Shown piece after piece: positions 27,404 through 32,000 of a stretch of DNA of 32,000 nucleotides. The stretch is from the NCBI RefSeq assembly GCF_000015805.1, contig NC_009073.1:180001-212000 (forward strand), given 5' to 3'. Below the pieces are notes generated by a model. It searched no databases, was not told the DNA's origin, and worked only from the letters and a program-made list of their open reading frames with translations. The stretch comes from Pyrobaculum calidifontis JCM 11548. GTDB taxonomy: Archaea; Thermoproteota; Thermoprotei; Thermoproteales; Thermoproteaceae. The position numbers and the translations under genes are program-made. Every line of letters begins with the position of its first letter. Within the stretch, counting starts at the first letter, position 1.

Positions 27404-29422
27404 ATGAAGTATGCCTTTAATTTAGCTTTGATAGTTAAGGTTCTAGCTATTTTGGGCGCTTTATACCAACTAGCCCTGGTTATATACCCCTATTTTCTAC
27501 ATGGAGTTCCAATTTTTGACTATACTCAGCTCGTGAGAGCTACTCACATATTTTTCCTCCTCATAGTGGGGTATCTGAGACTTGCTGCTATTCCCCTGCA
27601 GTACAGGTTTAGATTAAGTGGGATTGTGCTTTATCTACTTACCTTGCCTTTCTTATTTGAGCTTTTTTACATACTTCCACTGCCGCTGTTTGTATCTGCC
27701 GTTGCTGTTTGGCTTTTGGCTTTTATGCCGGTGTGCATTAGGTACGTCGCCGCGGCGCTTGGAGTAGCCGCGTTAGCTCCCTACATCTACATAGTTGTCA
27801 ACTATCAAGAGCTCATATACCGGGCTATTACGCCATACCCCCTTGACGTACTGATGGGATGGATTGAGCTTCTCCTAGTGGCTGGGCTAGTGTATAGGTT
27901 TATAGGGCCTGTACTACCCGGCCTTGTATATGTCTTCATGCTGTACACGCGGTACGGCTCTTCTCTGCCAGGTCAATGGGCCTCTCCGGGCCTGCCTCTA
28001 GACCTGATTATAGCAAAGATATACATAGAGACCGAGGCGGCGCTGTGGGGCATAGTTACAAACGTCTCAGTTATGTACATAGCCTACTTCATGATTTTCA
28101 CCGCCCTCCTAGCCGCCTTGGGGTTTGGAGAAGAGGTAGCTAGAATTGCCATGAAGTTCATTGGCAAGAGGCCTTGGGGCGTGGGAAACGCCGTAGTGGC
28201 CGCAGGAGTTATGATGGGCATGGTGTCTGGCTCCGGCGCCGCCGACACTGCGTTCATAGGCGGCACTTTTAAAGACTTATTCAAGAGGGCAGGCTATAGC
28301 CCCTATGTGGCCGCTGGCCTCGTTGCCAACGCGGGTACTTTGGCGATAATTACCCCGCCGATCATGGGCTCCGCCGCGTTTATCATGGTGGAGATCCTCG
28401 GCATTCCATACCTCTGGGTGATAGTAATGGCGATAGTCCCAGCGCTCCTCTACGCCTGGTCTATTGCCTCCTACAACAGGTATTATGCAAAGGCTGCGAA
28501 TTTGAGGCCTGTGGAAGTGGAGGTAAGCGGGTTGAAGTACTACGTATTTGCCCCCATCGCCCTTATTGTAGCACTCATAGCGCTTGGATTTTCCGTTAGG
28601 CTGTCGGTTACCGTGGCCATATTTTTCACAATTGGCATGGCCTTAGCCCTTCCCTCGTTTAGGCCTAGGGCTACGCGTATTTGGAGCGGCTTGGCCGAGG
28701 GCATTTTGTCTCTTGCGCCTATTGGGACATCCATCGCCATGGCCAACGTCATGATGAGCATGGTAGTGCTCTCGGGCCTTGCCAACACTTTCTCACAAGC
28801 GCTCCTCAATATAGTTGCCAATAACTTGCTGGTGGCGATCCTATTTGCCTCAGTTTTCACGCTCATAATTTCGCTTGGCATGACGCCGACGGCGGCTTAC
28901 GTCTTGTCGTCAGTGCTCCTGGCGCCCGCTTTGATAAAGCTTGCCGAGGTCTCGGGGGTCCCCACTATTGTCGCAACTCTAGCAACGCACATGTTCCTCT
29001 TCTACTACGCCATGATGGCAGACATAGACCCATTTACAGGCCTGTCCACCTACGCCGCCGCCGGGGTCTTTGGCCTTAGGCCCATAAGAGTGGGCATTAG
29101 GGCCATATCCGTAGCCGCGGCTAAGTACTTCTTCCCACCTCTCTCCCTAATATCCTACAATGCCGCCGCTATCTATGTTTTGCCAATACTTTTAACATCG
29201 CCTCCGCTGACGGCGGCCTACTTAATAGGCGTGAGAGTGGCCGCGGTGGCCGCCGGGGTCTGGCTACTCTCAATCGCAAACGCCGGATTTTACAGAAAGC
29301 CGCTACCCCTAGTTGCCAGGCTCATAATAGCGGCGCTGGGCATCGCCATGATAATACCCAACGAACTAGTAAACCTAGCCTCCTTCGCCCTGGCTCTAGC
29401 AATACTAAGGCTGAGGTATTAG
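27404..29422 (+). CDS. TRAP transporter fused 4TM/12TM permease
   Basis: A 672-aa highly hydrophobic protein, divergent from the TAXI receptor gene. tatatata (27376-27383) is about 24 nt upstream of ATG 27404. Size and pairing fit TAXI-associated fused permeases. Confidence 0.85.
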   Translation: MKYAFNLALIVKVLAILGALYQLALVIYPYFLHGVPIFDYTQLVRATHIFFLLIVGYLRLAAIPLQYRFRLSGIVLYLLTLPFLFELFYILPLPLFVSAVAVWLLAFMPVCIRYVAAALGVAALAPYIYIVVNYQELIYRAITPYPLDVLMGWIELLLVAGLVYRFIGPVLPGLVYVFMLYTRYGSSLPGQWASPGLPLDLIIAKIYIETEAALWGIVTNVSVMYIAYFMIFTALLAALGFGEEVARIAMKFIGKRPWGVGNAVVAAGVMMGMVSGSGAADTAFIGGTFKDLFKRAGYSPYVAAGLVANAGTLAIITPPIMGSAAFIMVEILGIPYLWVIVMAIVPALLYAWSIASYNRYYAKAANLRPVEVEVSGLKYYVFAPIALIVALIALGFSVRLSVTVAIFFTIGMALALPSFRPRATRIWSGLAEGILSLAPIGTSIAMANVMMSMVVLSGLANTFSQALLNIVANNLLVAILFASVFTLIISLGMTPTAAYVLSSVLLAPALIKLAEVSGVPTIVATLATHMFLFYYAMMADIDPFTGLSTYAAAGVFGLRPIRVGIRAISVAAAKYFFPPLSLISYNAAAIYVLPILLTSPPLTAAYLIGVRVAAVAAGVWLLSIANAGFYRKPLPLVARLIIAALGIAMIIPNELVNLASFALALAILRLRY

Positions 29423-29443
29423 GAAGACTTCGAGCAAACCCAC

Positions 29444-30043
29444 CTACCTCTTTGCCTCTCTTATGAGCCACTTGTGAAACGCCGTAGTTGTGAGCTCCGG
29501 GTGGAAGGCCGTGGCTAAGACCGAGCCTTGCCTCACCGCGGCGTAAACTTCGCCGTAGTCGACGTGCCGCAGGGAGGCCAGGGGCTCCACAGAGGGGCCT
29601 ATCTTCACCACCGCGGGCGCCCTTATGAACACGGCGTTGACTTTCCCAAAGCCCCTCACCTCCAGCTCTGTCTGAAAGGACTCCCGCTGGCGTCCAAAGG
29701 CGTTTCTAACCACAGATACGTCTAAGAGGCCGAGGAGGCTCTGCCTGGTCTTGCCTACCCTCCTGTCCACGGCCTCCTTGGCTAAGTATATCAGCCCGGC
29801 GCAAGTGGCGAGGATGGGCAACGTCGCCTTTTTAATGTTGTCTTCAAGCCCCTTGGCCTTGGCGAGTTTGCCTATTGTGGTGGACTCTCCGCCGGTTAAA
29901 ATAAGCGTCGAGATATCCGCGAGGTCTTGCGCATTTTTCACCTCCACCACCTTCACAGAGAGCCCCAGCTCTGCCGCGGCCTTCTCTAGGGCGTAGCGGT
30001 GCTCCTCTACGTCTCCCTGGAGGGCCAATATGCCAATTTTCAT
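29444..30043 (-). CDS. pdxT: pyridoxal 5'-phosphate synthase glutaminase subunit PdxT
   Basis: [15 protein letters not shown] begins at ATG 30043, which overlaps the pdxS stop (ATGA). The catalytic Cys context is [13 protein letters not shown]. The C-terminus is TAFHPELT. The 108-codon upstream extension of the track ORF is Gly/Arg-rich and lies inside pdxS. Confidence 0.9.
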
Positions 30044-31050
30044 ACTCCGCGGGTCTGGAGGAGCTCCTCCGGCTTCAGCGCCCTTATGTCTATACCCATC
30101 ATTGACGCCTTTTCGCTCACCATCTTCTGCGCCTCGGCCACCGCCTCGGGGTCGTCCCAATACGCCGTGGCCAAGACTATGGCTTCGGCCCTCCTCTCGG
30201 GGTCTTGGCTCTTGAATATGCCCGAGCCCACGAAGACGCCGTCTGCCCCCAGCCACATCATAAACGCCGCGTCCGCCGGCGTGGCTATGCCCCCAGCCGC
30301 GAAGGTGATGACTGGCACTCTCCCCATGTCCGCCGTCAGCTTCACGACCTCGAGGGGGACTTGGCACCGCCTGGCGTAGTCCCTGAGGTACTCCTCGTCG
30401 TCTCTATGCGCCGTAAGGTCCCTCACCGCGCCGTATATGGCCTTGAAGTGCTTCACTGCCTCAGCCACGTTCCCCGTCCCCGCCTCCCCCTTGCTCCTAA
30501 TCATTGACGCACCCTCAGAGATCCTCCTCAGCGCCTCGCACAGCTCCCTCGCCCCGTTTACAAAGGGCGTCTTAAACAGCCATTTGTTAATGTGGTGTTG
30601 CTCATCCACGGGAGTCAAGACCTCCGACTCGTCTATCAGGTCGACGCCTATCTGCTCCAAGAGGACGGCCTCGTAGAAGTGGCCAATCCTCACCTTGGCC
30701 GAGACGGGGATAGTTATGGCGTCCATCACCTCCTCAATTATCTTTAGGTCGGCCATTCTGGCCACGCCTCCGGCCTTCCTAACGTCGTAGGGCAACTTGT
30801 CGAGCACCATGACTCCCACTGCCCCGGCCTCCTCAGCCACTTGTGCCTGCTCCACGTTTGTAACATCCATGATAACCCCCCTCCTGAGCATTGCGATAAA
30901 GCCCAACTTGACCAGGGGAGTCCCCACCGCCAAGGGCACCTCCGCCGGGTGCCTAAAGCCGGCCTCCCTCAGCCTATCCCTCGCCTCCGCCAGCCTGTAG
31001 AAGAAGTCCCTAATCTTTTCCAATTCCACCACAGCGGGGACAATTGACAT
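30040..31050 (-). CDS. pdxS: pyridoxal 5'-phosphate synthase lyase subunit PdxS
   Basis: 336 aa with [50 protein letters not shown] and [17 protein letters not shown]-like tttttata (complement of 31070-31077) is about 23 nt upstream of ATG 31050. Confidence 0.95.
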
Positions 31051-31101
31051 ATGTGAACAATGTGCGCCCTATAAAAACGTTATCGCGCCGCGGAGCCCGC
31101 A

Positions 31102-31183
31102 GATTCCCTCCCCATTCCGGGGGGACATCTCCACGGGCCCCAGGGCCATCGGCGGCGGATTCCCTCCCCTTTCTGGGGGGACA
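31102..31183. repeat. two 26-nt hairpin-forming direct repeats, 56-nt period
   Basis: The copies are gattccctccccATTCCggggggaca (31102-31127) and gattccctccccTTTCTggggggaca (31158-31183), 24/26 identical. Both differences fall in the 5-nt loop of a ctcccc/gggggg stem. Confidence 0.7.
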
Positions 31184-31279
31184 CATCCGCCTACCTCACA
31201 CATAAGAACTTTGCTCATCTTTAAAAGCCTTGTGATAGACTTCGTAGACGAGAGTGGGGCAAAGTCCTTCTGACACTGC

Positions 31280-31609
31280 GTGGCGCTTGGGGCTGTGGCG
31301 TTTCAGCCGTGGCCCGGCGTGTCCCACCTAGAGCTGGGCAGACACCTCGTAGAGTGCATTAAGAAGATGTTGCGCGTAGGCGGGGAGCTGAAGTGGCGCG
31401 ACGTGGTTAGGAGGGGTAGGCCGGAGGCCATCCTCGCCCTCATTCAAGCCGCGGCTGAGGTGAGGTACACAGCGTTCCACTACACGGGTGAGGCAAAGCT
31501 GGCGGCTAGGCTGGAGGAGCTCGTCCGGGGGGCCGACCTAGTGGTGTTGGACAACCAGCTGTTGCCCAGGGGCCTTAAGGTCGGAGTTAAAACGGTCGAG
31601 CGCGACTGA
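31280..31609 (+). CDS. hypothetical protein
   Basis: A 109-codon ORF with GTG start (in-frame stop at 31271-31273) and plausible composition. TATA-like ctttaaaag (31219-31227) would leave a leader of about 30 nt, unlike most genes here. No family recognised. Confidence 0.5.
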   Translation: MALGAVAFQPWPGVSHLELGRHLVECIKKMLRVGGELKWRDVVRRGRPEAILALIQAAAEVRYTAFHYTGEAKLAARLEELVRGADLVVLDNQLLPRGLKVGVKTVERD

Positions 31610-31625
31610 CACCGTGCAGGCGGGG

Positions 31626-32000
31626 CTAGGAGTCTAGCAGGGTGCCCATGATGTTGAGGGGCCGGAAGACGTAGTCCTTTAGGTAGTGGGTGTAACTAGC
31701 TCTGTGAATGCCTAAGATGTAAGAGACACCGGCATTTGCGTCGGTTACCACAGTGGAGACGTAGTTGGCTTTTCCTCCATATACCTGGAAGCCGAAGCCA
31801 ACGTGAAGTCGTTTTATCAGCTCTGAGTAGGGATAACCCAGCTTATTGATAATGCCTCCCACAGGCCAGCCTCCCACGTGGATGCTTCCGCTTACGTCTA
31901 TTAAGGGCTCATTAACGAGCATGTCGACCCATCTTAGCATATTTGCATCACCGCCCTTTCCGTCTATCCCTTGTAAATACCTACTCTCGCTTATCTGGGT
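31626..32000 (-). CDS. hypothetical protein, C-terminal part (ORF stays open to the right edge)
   Basis: The track ORF starts at ATG 31940, but the frame continues without a stop to position 32000 (...TQISESRYLQGIDGKGGDANMLRWVDML...). The true start is therefore probably outside the window. The sequence is Gly/Tyr/Val-rich and beta-like. No family recognised. Confidence 0.55.
   Translation of the reverse strand, partial: TQISESRYLQGIDGKGGDANMLRWVDMLVNEPLIDVSGSIHVGGWPVGGIINKLGYPYSELIKRLHVGFGFQVYGGKANYVSTVVTDANAGVSYILGIHRASYTHYLKDYVFRPLNIMGTLLDS

Noticed and set aside
30044-30367. N-terminal 108-codon extension of the pdxT ORF (track ORF 29444..30367).
   Set aside because: The extension is Gly/Arg-rich and lies entirely within pdxS in another frame. 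The canonical PdxT N-terminus [11 protein letters not shown] begins at ATG 30043, which overlaps the pdxS stop.
31102-31183. Possible degenerate CRISPR array (26-nt repeats, 30-nt spacer).
   Set aside because: There are only two copies and no cas genes or leader in the window. The repeats form G/C-rich hairpins, unlike the crenarchaeal repeat types I know. Their position between two TATA boxes fits a regulatory element better.

Overview
This is a 32-kb high-GC archaeal chromosomal window. It fits best with a Thermoproteales crenarchaeon (Pyrobaculum/Thermoproteus-like). I infer that from a two-intron tRNA, from TATA-like boxes 23-30 nt upstream of most start codons (leaderless genes), and from GGG-rich codon use. 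All functional calls below come from motif recognition by eye; nothing was checked against a database. From about 15 to 31 kb the window is dense housekeeping and metabolism: a PIN-domain gene pair, acyl-CoA dehydrogenase, an HTH-phosphoribosyltransferase regulator, a CBS protein, QueC, a nitrilase-superfamily hydrolase, aldehyde:ferredoxin oxidoreductase, DUF72, a family III CoA-transferase, a TAXI-TRAP transporter and PdxT/PdxS. The left half looks accessory. It holds a tRNA(CAU) followed by about 6 kb of compositionally mosaic DNA. That DNA carries a 1139-aa P-loop/helical-repeat (STAND-like) NTPase, two AT-rich polytopic membrane proteins and a gene-less, pseudogene-like stretch. A CAP-domain membrane protein and an 890-aa repeat-rich surface protein follow. 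The most noteworthy non-genic signals are three. First, a symmetric 167-bp locus (475-641) with three helically phased CCTACTTG/CAAGTAGG palindromes bracketed by inverted TATA-like elements. Second, a C/D-box-like sRNA with an unusual 10-bp G/C stem (1336-1408). Third, two 26-nt hairpin repeats between the divergent pdxS promoter and the neighbouring promoter (31102-31183). The best candidate for an undescribed system is the tRNA-adjacent STAND-like NTPase locus. That remains an inference, not a demonstrated function. I recognised no CRISPR array, rRNA, transposase or integrase.
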